Of a stretch of DNA of 64,000 nucleotides, positions 47,730 through 59,400 are shown piece after piece. The position numbers and the translations under genes are program-made. The first letter of the stretch is position 1. The number at the start of each line of letters is the position of its first letter. The notes beneath the pieces were generated by a model, which did no database searches, had not been told where the DNA came from, and saw only the letters and a list, made by a program, of their open reading frames with translations. The DNA comes from a virus (Duplodnaviria > Caudoviricetes), in IMG/VR virus record IMGVR_UViG_3300020161_002811, positions 1 through 64,000 of that record; one strand, given 5' to 3'.

Positions 47730-48097
47730 TAGTGGACCATAAACCTTGGTATTCCAGTATTTACCCTGTATTGATAGGCTCTATTATATCCAGAATTGGT
47801 ATCGTCATAATAGTTTATCACATAAGGTTTTGCTTCATTGTTATCCCTGAAACCTATTAGGCACCTAGAACCTGGTACGGGAGCAACAATCTGAACCCCT
47901 CTAACGCTGGGGCATACTACGTCTTTAATTATATTTCCTACATTTTCTGAATGATGATCTTCCAATACTACAACTGCGGTATTGTTATTGTTATTGTAGG
48001 ACATAATTACTCCAGGCCTTGACCTAGATCTTTGCATCTGGGATAGATCAATTTGGTCTTGTATTTTTTTGTCAAATTTTGGATAATTAACTGGCAT
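47729..48097 (-). CDS. gpV/gp5-like N-terminal OB-fold spike protein
   Basis: PGVIMSYN...TAVVVL...APVPGSRCLIGFRDNNEAKPYVI. Confidence 0.55.
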   Translation of the reverse strand: MPVNYPKFDKKIQDQIDLSQMQRSRSRPGVIMSYNNNNNTAVVVLEDHHSENVGNIIKDVVCPSVRGVQIVAPVPGSRCLIGFRDNNEAKPYVINYYDDTNSGYNRAYQYRVNTGIPRFMVH

Positions 48098-48128
48098 AAA
48101 AGATCTCCTTATTCATAAACTATTATGC

Positions 48129-50393
48129 TTAATCATTTACTAAATACTCTCCATTTAGCCATCTATCGATGTATGCGGCGGAATTCTGGCCTTGTGTACT
48201 AGCACTTTGGGAATATACGTCTTTAACCCATTTCTTTAATGCTGCTTCAGTGCCTCCACCATTTACATAGACTCTTACAGCGTGTTCAAATTTAACTGAT
48301 CCCAGCCATCCATATGGGTCTTTGTAGTTATCGCCCCATGCCGCAAATAAATATCCGGTTTCTGGTGTAGTTCCCAGTTTTGGAAAACCGTAATATGGGG
48401 CTTGTCTGGTTACTAAAGTCCAGAACATATATGCTTGATTTAATGGTATCCAGACTCTACGGTCAACTAGTTCTCTTAATCTTATAACAGCGCCGTTGTG
48501 ATCGCCTTTTGCATAAAATAATTCTAATTTATATTTTTCATTTAATTTTTCATTATAATTATCTATAGTAGGGGGTTGCTCTCCAGGATAAACTGTAGTC
48601 CAATTTTTGCTTGCTAGTTGCCATCCTTGCATTTTCTCTTTAGTTGTTCCCTCTGTTAATTCGTAGGTCTTTGTACCGTGTGCCCCTGACACACTAGAGC
48701 CCCTTTTAATTGTTCCATTCCTATATTCCCTAAATCCACCAACGCCCATGTTGATCTGGAATATACCCAAAGACATGAAGTCGCCACTTAAGGTGTTGGG
48801 ATTACATGAAGTCGGATTGCCCCCACCACTTTCTCTGACGGTAATTGCGGTCATAATTGCTGCGGTTTCTTTTCCGCATACAGTAGTGTGTAGCAGTTCG
48901 TATACTGCGTCCTGCCCTAAGTTGGTTCCCCAGTCACCATAGTAATTTTTTGTAAGGTTAGATGTAGGGGGAGCTGCTGCTGTCGGAATAGGAATAAAAC
49001 TTCCGTCAGAGGGATCGAGCATAAACCCAGGAGGTACTCCGTTAACTTGTCCATCGACAGCAACAATCCCTGCTGGATTCATTGCTCCACCAGGTCCCGT
49101 ATACTTTCCAGCGCGCATTCCACTAAAGCTTAGGTGTATATGATTGGTATGGTTATTGTCTCTATTATCGGCAAAGAAGTTTACATACTCTAGCCATGGT
49201 CGACCTATTTTAAATGCGTTGGTACTTGCATCATTATTGCCACTTTGGTCGATGTTATAATTAATGGCGTAGTCTTGATGGATGCACAATAGGTCTGGAA
49301 GCAAGTACGGAGCTACATCTCCCAGGGTATCCAGCAGCAGTGTTAAAGGACCATCGTATACATCTTTAGTAACTCCGGGACTCAGATCTATTGCATTACT
49401 ATTAATATTACCAACTGAAAATATGTCAACGGCTCTTCCGCTAGAGTGATCGCTCAGCCATACCTCACCTTCATCATTTGGTTCCTTTGTCAACGCTCTT
49501 CCAGCACTGAATTGGCCATGAATAACTACGCCCTTTGAATGTAAAGCCAGTAGCAGCTCTATTAAAGCAGGAGCTACATAGGCATTTATGTCCGTTGGAT
49601 CTTCTAGAATAATATCTTTAGAAATGATTCTCTGTGAGTCACCCACTATGGCATCTGGAAAATATGTATCTTCTCCGTTAAATACCGTGATTCCATCGGC
49701 AGCATATTTATTAGCAATGTCAAATTTAAAACTTGTATCAGTAAAAGTGTTAGGATATTTAGAGCGCAATAAATCTATCCTCTCTTGATACCATCCCTTT
49801 TCTAGTTCAGTCATTTGAGTAAAAAGTGCTACATTTCTCATGCCTGCACTCTGAGCTTCAGTGGACGGTATCTCACTTCCAGTAGATGGATCAGCCGTAG
49901 TGCCTGCCGTCTCTGTGCCATAGTTACCAACACTTATCTGTTGCATATTGGCTATTGAGCTACTAACGAACGATCCACTAAAATTTTTTCCACTCAATGA
50001 ATTTGCTATAATTCTATTGATTGCGGCTCCTCCAGTTAAATTACTAGTCCCCTTATCGTCTCCTTGACTTTCGGGATTACTAACTTTAACATTTGGATTT
50101 TCCTGATTGCCTGCTGATGCTATTGATCCGCTGCCTGTAATCAGTGTATTTAGCGAAGAAGATACACTTTTGTTCATTGCAGCAATAGCGTACTTTGGAC
50201 TTCTAAAAAACGCATCACCATTTATTACATCTGATAATGTTCTTGCGCTTAGAGTTTGACCAACCATAGGTCTGCTGACTGAGGCGCTAGTGTTTTTTAC
50301 TGGAGTTTTTCCGCCCGGAAAAAAGTCTGCATGCAATGAAGTTGCAAATGATGCTGAATTGGCTAAGGCTGCATTATTAAAACTAAATGACAT
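48129..50393 (-). CDS. tail-associated cell-wall hydrolase: M15/LAS-type peptidase plus lysozyme/SLT-like domain
   Basis: SDHSSGRAVD and HTNHIH (H-x6-D, HxH Zn ligands); AITVRESGG and LGIFQIN (lysozyme-fold catalytic Glu and GxFQ). Confidence 0.75.
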   Translation of the reverse strand: MSFSFNNAALANSASFATSLHADFFPGGKTPVKNTSASVSRPMVGQTLSARTLSDVINGDAFFRSPKYAIAAMNKSVSSSLNTLITGSGSIASAGNQENPNVKVSNPESQGDDKGTSNLTGGAAINRIIANSLSGKNFSGSFVSSSIANMQQISVGNYGTETAGTTADPSTGSEIPSTEAQSAGMRNVALFTQMTELEKGWYQERIDLLRSKYPNTFTDTSFKFDIANKYAADGITVFNGEDTYFPDAIVGDSQRIISKDIILEDPTDINAYVAPALIELLLALHSKGVVIHGQFSAGRALTKEPNDEGEVWLSDHSSGRAVDIFSVGNINSNAIDLSPGVTKDVYDGPLTLLLDTLGDVAPYLLPDLLCIHQDYAINYNIDQSGNNDASTNAFKIGRPWLEYVNFFADNRDNNHTNHIHLSFSGMRAGKYTGPGGAMNPAGIVAVDGQVNGVPPGFMLDPSDGSFIPIPTAAAPPTSNLTKNYYGDWGTNLGQDAVYELLHTTVCGKETAAIMTAITVRESGGGNPTSCNPNTLSGDFMSLGIFQINMGVGGFREYRNGTIKRGSSVSGAHGTKTYELTEGTTKEKMQGWQLASKNWTTVYPGEQPPTIDNYNEKLNEKYKLELFYAKGDHNGAVIRLRELVDRRVWIPLNQAYMFWTLVTRQAPYYGFPKLGTTPETGYLFAAWGDNYKDPYGWLGSVKFEHAVRVYVNGGGTEAALKKWVKDVYSQSASTQGQNSAAYIDRWLNGEYLVND

Positions 50394-50402
50394 TTTTTAT
50401 TC

Positions 50403-53400
50403 CTACGTTCCTGGATTCAATGTAACTTGTCTTGGAATTAACGCTGATTCTTCTGCGCTAATAACTGATTGAGACTCTATCTGCAACTGCTTTGTATAAA
50501 CTTTTGCAAGATTATTAACGACGAGTTCCCAGTTTAGAGTAGCGGGATATCCATCTTCATAATATTCATCCCAGAATATAGTAGGCCACTCATTAACCTT
50601 TTCGTAAGTTGCCTCTAATACCTTAAAGCAAACTAGATTGTTATAAAATCTAGTAAAGTCTTCTTCCGTCAGTCCGTAATCTGCCACTGATTGTATAGAA
50701 AGATCTAATGGTGGAGTGTATTGAATACCTAAAGTATTGATTTTGTCTATAATTTTAGATCTTTTTACATTGAGAGGAGACTCCTCGTATATCGAAGTAA
50801 AGAACTTTTGAGTAACGGGATTGGATAAGTCTCCAACCTCTATTACTTTTCCTCGGTTTGTGGCAAAACATGATCTAACAAAGTCTTTTGCTTGATTAAT
50901 AACTGATTCTGGCTGGTAATACCAAACTGTTGCCATTGCTCTAGTTCCCTCATCCCCCATGAAAGAATCTTTTGTATAATTTGCAAGTGTATTTTCGGTG
51001 GCTCCAGGTTCAAACTGAGCTTCAAATATAACGTCATTACTTGAGCTATTGCTAACTTTTAATCTTAATACAAATACTTTATTAGATAATTTACTCTGTG
51101 TGTAGATCTTAGCTCTACCCCCAGGGGTTGAAGTGGACGTTAGTGTTGTTGTGTTGTCAAATGGGTAATTTACATCCCCACCTGGTTGACTTGGAAGTGT
51201 TCCGACTCTTGTGGTATTAGTTTCTCCTGTGTCCATTCCGTCAAATCTCACAGTAAAAGTTGCTCCAGATATAACGTCTTCAACATCAAAGGTGTCACCG
51301 TCTTCAAATTTAGTAACTGTTGCTATTACTTTAAATAAGGACGTTTGCAGGGAAGTTTTTTCTGGACCAAGTCCGCTAAGACTAAGAACTCGAGCGTGTG
51401 TTAGTGCATTTTCGTAGTCAGTGTATCTAACTAAGTCTTTTATTTCAGTTTCCTGCCATCCTAGGCTCTTTAACAGGTCATCGCTTCTAATGAACGCATT
51501 TCCTTCAGGAGTTTTTACTTTTGTTTTTGTCCCTAAAATTCCTGGTAATAAAGCTTTCGTGTGATATCTGCCCACGACCATACCTTGATTATATGATAAT
51601 CCTGCGTCCATTGGCTGACCATTCTTATTGAGATACTGAACATAGCAGCCATGCTGATCGAGTACATTATCCCTTAGCCATGTCCAGCCCTTCCATGCTA
51701 ATTGCCCAACAATTGGAACTGCCCTTGCTAAAGATGCTCCTACCACTGCAATAACCGTTTCTGCTCCTGGAGTTTTGCCTTGCCCTGTTCTTGTTATCTC
51801 ATCTCGTGCTTTATCCGGAAGACTTAGTGCAGTTTGATTTGCCATAATGTCTTTCATTAAAGCTGAAGATCCGTGCGTATACTGAATTCCGCCAATCATC
51901 TGTGTACTCAAGGAGTCTGCCAGGGCATCTACAGAAATATTACCACCCATGTTTATACCAGAGTTTGATGCCATAATATTATCCATGTAGAATCTAGTGT
52001 CATTTCTTAGGTTCTGCATGCTCAGCCATGAGTGCAACCATGTCGACATAAACCATCTAGAGGGATCATTAACTGTAACTAAGGCATTGGGTGTGATACT
52101 GGTAATATATCCCATCTCTGAAGTAAAATGATGGACTACTTGTTCTACCTCAAATATTCCATACATTCTACTATAGACATCAGATAGGTATACTAAGTCG
52201 TGCGGTCTAATATCTGGATTTCCTACCAAGGTGAGTTCTCCACCATAGATATCCTTAATAGATTCCTTTAGATGAGATAGTGCCACTCTTCTCGCGGATA
52301 GTTCGTCTGGAGTGCCTTGTAATGTTTTTGCATATCCTCTAAACGTTTCCAGCGGATGCATAAATGGGTGAAGTACTCCAAGGAATCCAGAACCAACCAT
52401 ATTGTCATAATATAATCCAGTTTCAACTGTGGTCTCTGTTTGACGCTCCGATGGAGCACCTTTATCTAATGCAACTGTTACTGGATTTTTTCCATCAGAA
52501 ACGGCTGTAATAACAGTTGAGACGTTATTTAAATTTTCTTGAATTTGATTAGATATAATATGAGAGAAAGAACTTAAATAATGTATTCTTTGGAATGGCT
52601 GGCGAACCTCTACTACAGGCTCTCCATATTCTCTAGTGAATGGATTGTCAACCGCCCTTAGTAGCGTTCCTGGTCTTCCAAGTGAATAGTATATTGAATC
52701 ATTTAATACCTTATTAAGAATATGAGCCTGCTTGCTAAAGTTCCCAACTTCAGAAAGTGCATATCCCATCTGCATCATGCTCAACTTAAACATACCCAAG
52801 AGTGAGCTCAGGCCATCTCCAATAGCTCCAAGTATTGGACCAATATTGGCGTTATAAAAATCTGATACGTCTTCAGTTATTCCACCAATAAACGTTGAAG
52901 AGTTACTTCCCTCCCCCTTTGTCGAAACTAAAAGCTTTAGGAATTTACTATTGTCTTTAGCGTATTGGCTATATGGATTAATGAATGCTTCAAACACTTT
53001 ATCGACTGGCTTAAAGGACCACTGTCCATCTTCGCCTCCTCCGCCAGCTGTAATGGCACCACGTTTTCTGTCTGGCTTAAGCACTAGCCAAGCTCTACCA
53101 TATCCAGAGCTCCAAAGCTTTTGTCTAAATAATCCAACCATCAATAAGAATAGTTGCTTAGGTGTCTTAACTGCTTCTGATAAATTTATTGCAGTTTCTG
53201 GATTATCTTTATTCTCAATTGAAATTGAGAGCGCATTATTAATTACCTGTGTTTCAAAGAAATTTGACCTGATGCCATCTAGTGATCTAGAGATAACGCT
53301 ATTGAAATACTGTATAATTCCAGCGTCACCTTGAACTCCTTTGCTTTGATAGTCTATATAGTTTTTTCTAATAAATTCCACAGCTTCTATTTTATCTTGA

Positions 53401-56400
53401 GGTGTAGATTTAGTAGAACCGTAATTGCTTCCGTATTCAGTTTCTGAATTAAAGAAATCGGAACCCAATAGAATAGCCAATTCATCTACTCCCGTACCGT
53501 CAGTTGCGGAAAGACCAGGAATCTTTATATTAGATTCTGAGAAATTTTGAAATGAGGTAGTATTATTTGCTCCTAGTATTCTTGAGAATTCTTCAGGGAA
53601 AGGATCTGTTGAATCAGCGTCCATGCCATATGTTTTAGTGAATATAGCCTTAACACTTTCGTAGGTGTGATATCCAAATCTAAACTGATCCCAAATATCG
53701 CTTGCCTGATTAAGTGTTCTTCCGTTTCCAGCTATTACCGAAACATTAGGGTCAAAATTTTCATCGTAAAAAGATCTAGCTTCAACTGAAGTTGAATCCA
53801 TTGGCGAATAGACAGCGGCAAAACCGACTCGTTGACCACCAGTGTCTCTATCGCCGGTATCGTATGATTCCTTATCGAGGCGTTCATATAAGTTACCCTT
53901 ATCTAGGGCATCGTAGTCCTTATCTAGGATTGCTTGAAAGTAGCTTGGATCATCTCCACTTTGAAGAATGTTCCCACCATACTCATAATTTATAGCAGTG
54001 ATCTTAGCGTTCTCCGCAGAATATTCTTCCAGTGAGTTATTACGACGACCAGCAGCCGCGCTAGTCCCTTTAGAATCGCCAAGATCTTCGGGAATAAGGG
54101 CTGATTTTGAGGCAATAAATTTATTGCTATCTCCATTATCATTTATGGCGTATTCTCCAAAGCCAATAATATATGCATTTGCGTCAGTGGTGTCATAAAA
54201 TCTTTTTGCCGGAGCTGCGGCGGCTGCAACGACTCCTAATGGGGTGCTGTCAGGGACGAAGGCAAAGAGACAATCAACGTCTCGTGGGAAAGTGCTTAGG
54301 CCGCTTAATTTTTCTAATTGAGCGTATGTACTATTTGCTATGGTCATATCTAAGGTATTCGAATCATGGCTTTTCAAATTTGCCCAAGCGGGTAAAGACT
54401 CTGAGAGTTCACTAATTAAATCAGCTCCCTGATTAAGGTGAGACACGAATGTTCCCAGGTACCACGCAGCGTCGGGAGATACAACTGCTGCAACTTCTTC
54501 ATCATTATCCTCTCCCCACATAAAGTATGCCGGGACACAAACAACTGCCCTTCCCGTTAATGGACTAAATACAAGTACTCTTCTTTTTTTATAGTCGCTT
54601 GCTGTTCCATATAGATCTTCATTGGGGAAGTAAATGTCTTTAAATTTACTGAGTGACGAATCGGGAATCGGTCCATCGGATGTAGTAGGCAAATAGGGCC
54701 ATTTCATGGCTATGTAGAATTGCTCTTCCGCAGCAGTTGCTGGACAACCCCATTCCTCATATGTTATTTGTTGATTTAATTCATATTCAAAACTGAAATC
54801 ATCCGAATTCTCTTCTGTTTGAGCAGTAGTACTATTGATCATCTCAAAGCCTACTAAAGGATAGTTTTCTTTCTGTAAAGAAGAAACAGACGGCAGCGGC
54901 ATTCTTGCGACAGTAGTTTGATCTAAATTTAAAAACTCCACGCCAGAAGAATCAATCGAGTCCATAAGACTCGTAAAACCTAAAGGTCTATCTAATTCCA
55001 ATATGCCAGAACTAGGTCTTATTGTAATCTCCGTCTCTTGCAAAAAGCGCGATTCTAGTTGAAGAAAATATATTAAGTTTACTGCCAACGTAGCCCCACC
55101 TTCTGTGTACTCAGATGATTTTATGGCTTCATTGTATCTATCCATTACATTTTTTTGATTGAACAGAGTTTTATCAAAATCGTCAAGGTCATTAGTATCT
55201 ATTTCATTTTTGGCTGAAAGAAGGTCAGTAAATCCAGAAAGTAAGCCACCATCTCTAATCTCATAAGATTTTTTATCAAGAACTGTAGTTTCGGATATTG
55301 TATAAAATGGGTATTTGAATCTTACTGGAAGATTATCTAGTTGTCTATGATCATAACTAGGAGTCAAAGGTGCATACGTTGTGGGATTAGTGCTGACGGG
55401 TAAGTGAAAGCCCATTTTAACTTTACCAGAACTGATAGGAAGTTTAGAAATAATAATTTCATTTCCGTCTGCGTCTTTGGTCGTTCTTATCTTTGCTAGA
55501 TTTGAATTAAAATTCAATAGCTTTCCTGTTAGACTTTTTGTTGGAGCATACTCTCCAGTAGAAGATGCTTGATCTATTGCTAATCCAGCCATGACATCGC
55601 TAAGTTCTTCAGATCTCTTAAACGCTTCGTAATCAGCTAATGAATTAGACTGCTTATTTACATTATTCATAATTGTCTGAATATCGTCATTAGGACTTCT
55701 ATCTTTTGGATAGCCTGGAAGATTTAATTCATTAGCTTTTCTTACGCTTGGGAAACCAGTAGTCACTGGAACTACACCGGAAGTATATAACCAATGTGGC
55801 TTTCCATAAAAAATAGTAGATCTATCTTCAAAGGGCCTAACTGCTACTATGTAATTTGGCAATAGCCTTGCGCACATTTGGAAAAGATCCCATACCGTTC
55901 TCATGTATGTTTGTGCACGGAATGATACTTCGTCAAATCCGCTTAAGTCATCGTCAGAATTAGGTGCTATAATTCCCATTGTTTTAAATACGTTATTGCC
56001 CCCTCTGCCCCTTAGCAGGCCCATGAGCGCTCCACCTCCTGCCACTCCCGCAAGGACGTTGACTCCGGGTATAGCTGCAACTCCTGCTGTTAAGCCGCCC
56101 AATAGTACGTTCTTTACTGCTCCTGCTCTTCCTTCTGCGGAAATTAACTCATTACCTTCAACATAGGAATCTATAGTGTTATTAGCCGAAACTGAGCCAT
56201 TTTGAGCTTCTACTATTAATCTATTCCAAGATCTATCTGTTCCATTTTCCAGGTATGCTTGCCCAGCTAGAGTTTTTCCATCGCCTTCAACCAAGGAAGC
56301 CGCAGTCAGCCATCCATCGTCTAGGTCTCCACCTAAGAATTGTGCGAACCCGGTTCCATTTCCAGGATAAATATTTCTTTTATATAATTCAAGATCTACT

Positions 56401-59400
56401 TCTGAAGAAAAATTAGACATTAGTTGACCCATACTGGTCATGATTTTTCCATCCCCAAAAAATGTACTAACAGGATTTCTTGTGAATACATTTGTTGATA
56501 ATTTAAAGGTTGCGGCATTAGCTGCTCCACCAATATCTCCTTGCCCAGCGTTAGCGTAAGCGTTGGTGACGACGTTTCTCAATCCATCGGCTCTTTGTCT
56601 TTCAACTTCGTTGATTGGCTCATATAGTATTGTGCCAAAATGTCTAATGCCAAATCTATTTTCAGAAAAAACAGTTCCCAGAGTTGCTCTTGCTATCGCT
56701 TCGCGAACCCTGGATGCTCCCATACTTAAGAGTCTAACCATTAAGTCTCTTGGCTCAGAAAGGTACATGCCAGTATCTACTCCGCCATCGATTTTTCCGG
56801 AGTCACCCTTTTTATTTGTTGAGTTGACTACGGCACCTAGTTCAATTGCGTCAGATTGGGCAGTGATAGTAACTATCTCCCCTTCTTCAACATTTGTTAT
56901 AACTCCATTGAATAGTGTTTGCAGTGAGTTTGGATTCGAGCCATATCCGCCTCTTAAGTGAAGTCTAACTCCTGGCTTTAATCTTATGTTGTTAATGTCA
57001 ACAACGTAATCATTTCTCATTCCGGAAATAATATTTTTAGCTATATTTAGAGTTCTATCTAAGATTGCGCTAATTCCATCTATAGGCGTTAGGGGATCAT
57101 TGTTGAAGTCGTCATTACCTGCGTTAAATATATCTGTAGACGGGCGCGTTGTTAACTTGGAGTACATGTTTGAAACTCTTAATATTAATGTGTCTCCTAA
57201 TAAATCTTCAGATGATACAACTGAAAAATCTATAACAGACTGAAGTCCATAGAAATTATCGAACAATTTAACGCCTGCAAACATTCCACCTTCATCTATA
57301 AGCCATAGCATGTAAGTAGGGAATGCTCTAATCATGCGCCCAGATATATCTCTATATTGGACATCATTCAACATCTTTTCCATATGATTATTAAAGGAGC
57401 CATCATAAGCTTTTTGGTACGCAGACAGCGGTTGAGCTCCACTGATTCCGGTTAAAGATTTAGTGCAGCCTGTATCTGGGGTCTGCATATCTTTTACATA
57501 ATTGCTTTCGAGCTTTTTTGCGCCATCTTCAATTTTAACATTAGCGCCTTCTATTGTAAGGTAAAATCTTCCAGTATCTTTATCAATATAGCCAAAATGC
57601 GTTCCAAGAGCGCTGTACATTATTGCTGGAATTTCACTAGCGGATTGTTCTTCAGGATTAGTTAGTGGAAGTAAATTAATAATTTTATGAAAATCGACTT
57701 CATCTGGATCAAAACTAACAAATTCTTCTTCTGCTAAATGAGAACTAGACAACACTTGTGCAATAATATTTTCTGTTTGCGAACTTGTAATTCCAACATT
57801 ACCTATAACGAATGGTGCTCCATTAAACTCTTCAAAGAGTTGGCTACTCTCAGATGACTGTGAAGCTAAGAATATATAATCAGTTAAAAGTGCAGTCTTT
57901 GAATAATTATTAATGGTGTCATGGTCTGGCTCTAATGAAGCTTGTTGAAACAACGCAATAAAGTTATGAATACTGATTCCAGACTCATTTACATAGTCTA
58001 TCATTTCATTGATTAAATCCTGATTTGTTTGTCTTCTAGATTCCATTGCAACAGCGTTTGTGGCGTCCGTGAATGAATATCTTCTCATGAAATCTTTAAT
58101 CCTATTTTTTACAGATTGAATTTTTCTTTCAATGGCATCAGCTCCACTAGGACCATCAGTATTTCTTGCCCATTTGTCTGTACTGTCAAAAGTAAAAGCC
58201 TTAGTTAGATCTACTTGAGTAGTATTATTATTTATAATGTCACGATCAAACATTTCGAAACTTCTAAAATAGAAATCTGGATCTAGGTTGCCAACAATAT
58301 CTCCATTCTTATCCTTTACGCCTAATGGAAGGTCGGGGTAGGCATTGAATGAGCCCCACAATTGCTTCATTCTTAAGAAGGGATTTCTCTTCGTGCCAAA
58401 GTGATTAATTAAGTCTTCTTGTTGCTTTGAAGAAATTTTTTCTCTCTGCTGCTGGAATATGTCAAAGTCAACTAGGCTCAGTTGGACTGAGTAGACATGT
58501 GGGTAATTCGGTATTGTGTCCACTTTATAATTGAGTGGTAATACATATTTAATACCAGATAACGCAGTTATAATATTTTTAATTCCTAAGAATCCTATAA
58601 CTCCAGTAGAATGTTCTAATCTAGCTAGACCATTAACATGGTCAAATACTGATCTAATTTTTAATAATTCTTTTTCACCAAACACAGTCATGGACACATT
58701 GATATAACTATCTTTTCCGCCAATGTATTGATAGCTAGGCTCGTCTTGCATTTGAATTTGTAGTTTTGCTAAATTATTACCCATCGAAACACTAACGCCG
58801 TTAACTATGGCATTTTTTGGATCTAGATCTACGCGATTCATTGGAACTTCCCACTCATTAAAGTGGTAGTCTCCATCTTTCAGCCTAGTTGCCTCCATCA
58901 TATTCTTGACAAAGCCATCCGTAAAGAATCTTTCATACATATTTACTTGAAATGCTTCAGTTACCTGCTGTTTAACCTTTTCTCTATCTGGCTCTATTCC
59001 GGTACTTTTGGTCTGTCTAGCAATTTCTTCGTCAATCAAGATATCTAATATCTCTCCAGAATTATCGGCTCTTTGATCAAACCTATGCTTGATCTCATTT
59101 AAGCTCTTATCGCTTGTTAACACTCCGTTTAGATAGTAAGACTCTTCAGTACTAGAGTATTGAGAGAAGTATCCGGCTACCAAAACTCTTTCTTCTGACC
59201 CCAAATAATCTGTAAGCCACTTTTTTTTCTCTTCATCTAGTCTAGTTGCATTTTCAGCTACAAAAGATTTTGCTAAATAAAGATAGATTTTTTTCTTAGT
59301 GTCAGTAGTGGATATGCCTGCGGTAAGTACATCAATTGCTTGCTTTAAAAAGGTTCTCATACCCTTTGGAGTTGACTCCAAGGACATTGACCTAACTCCA

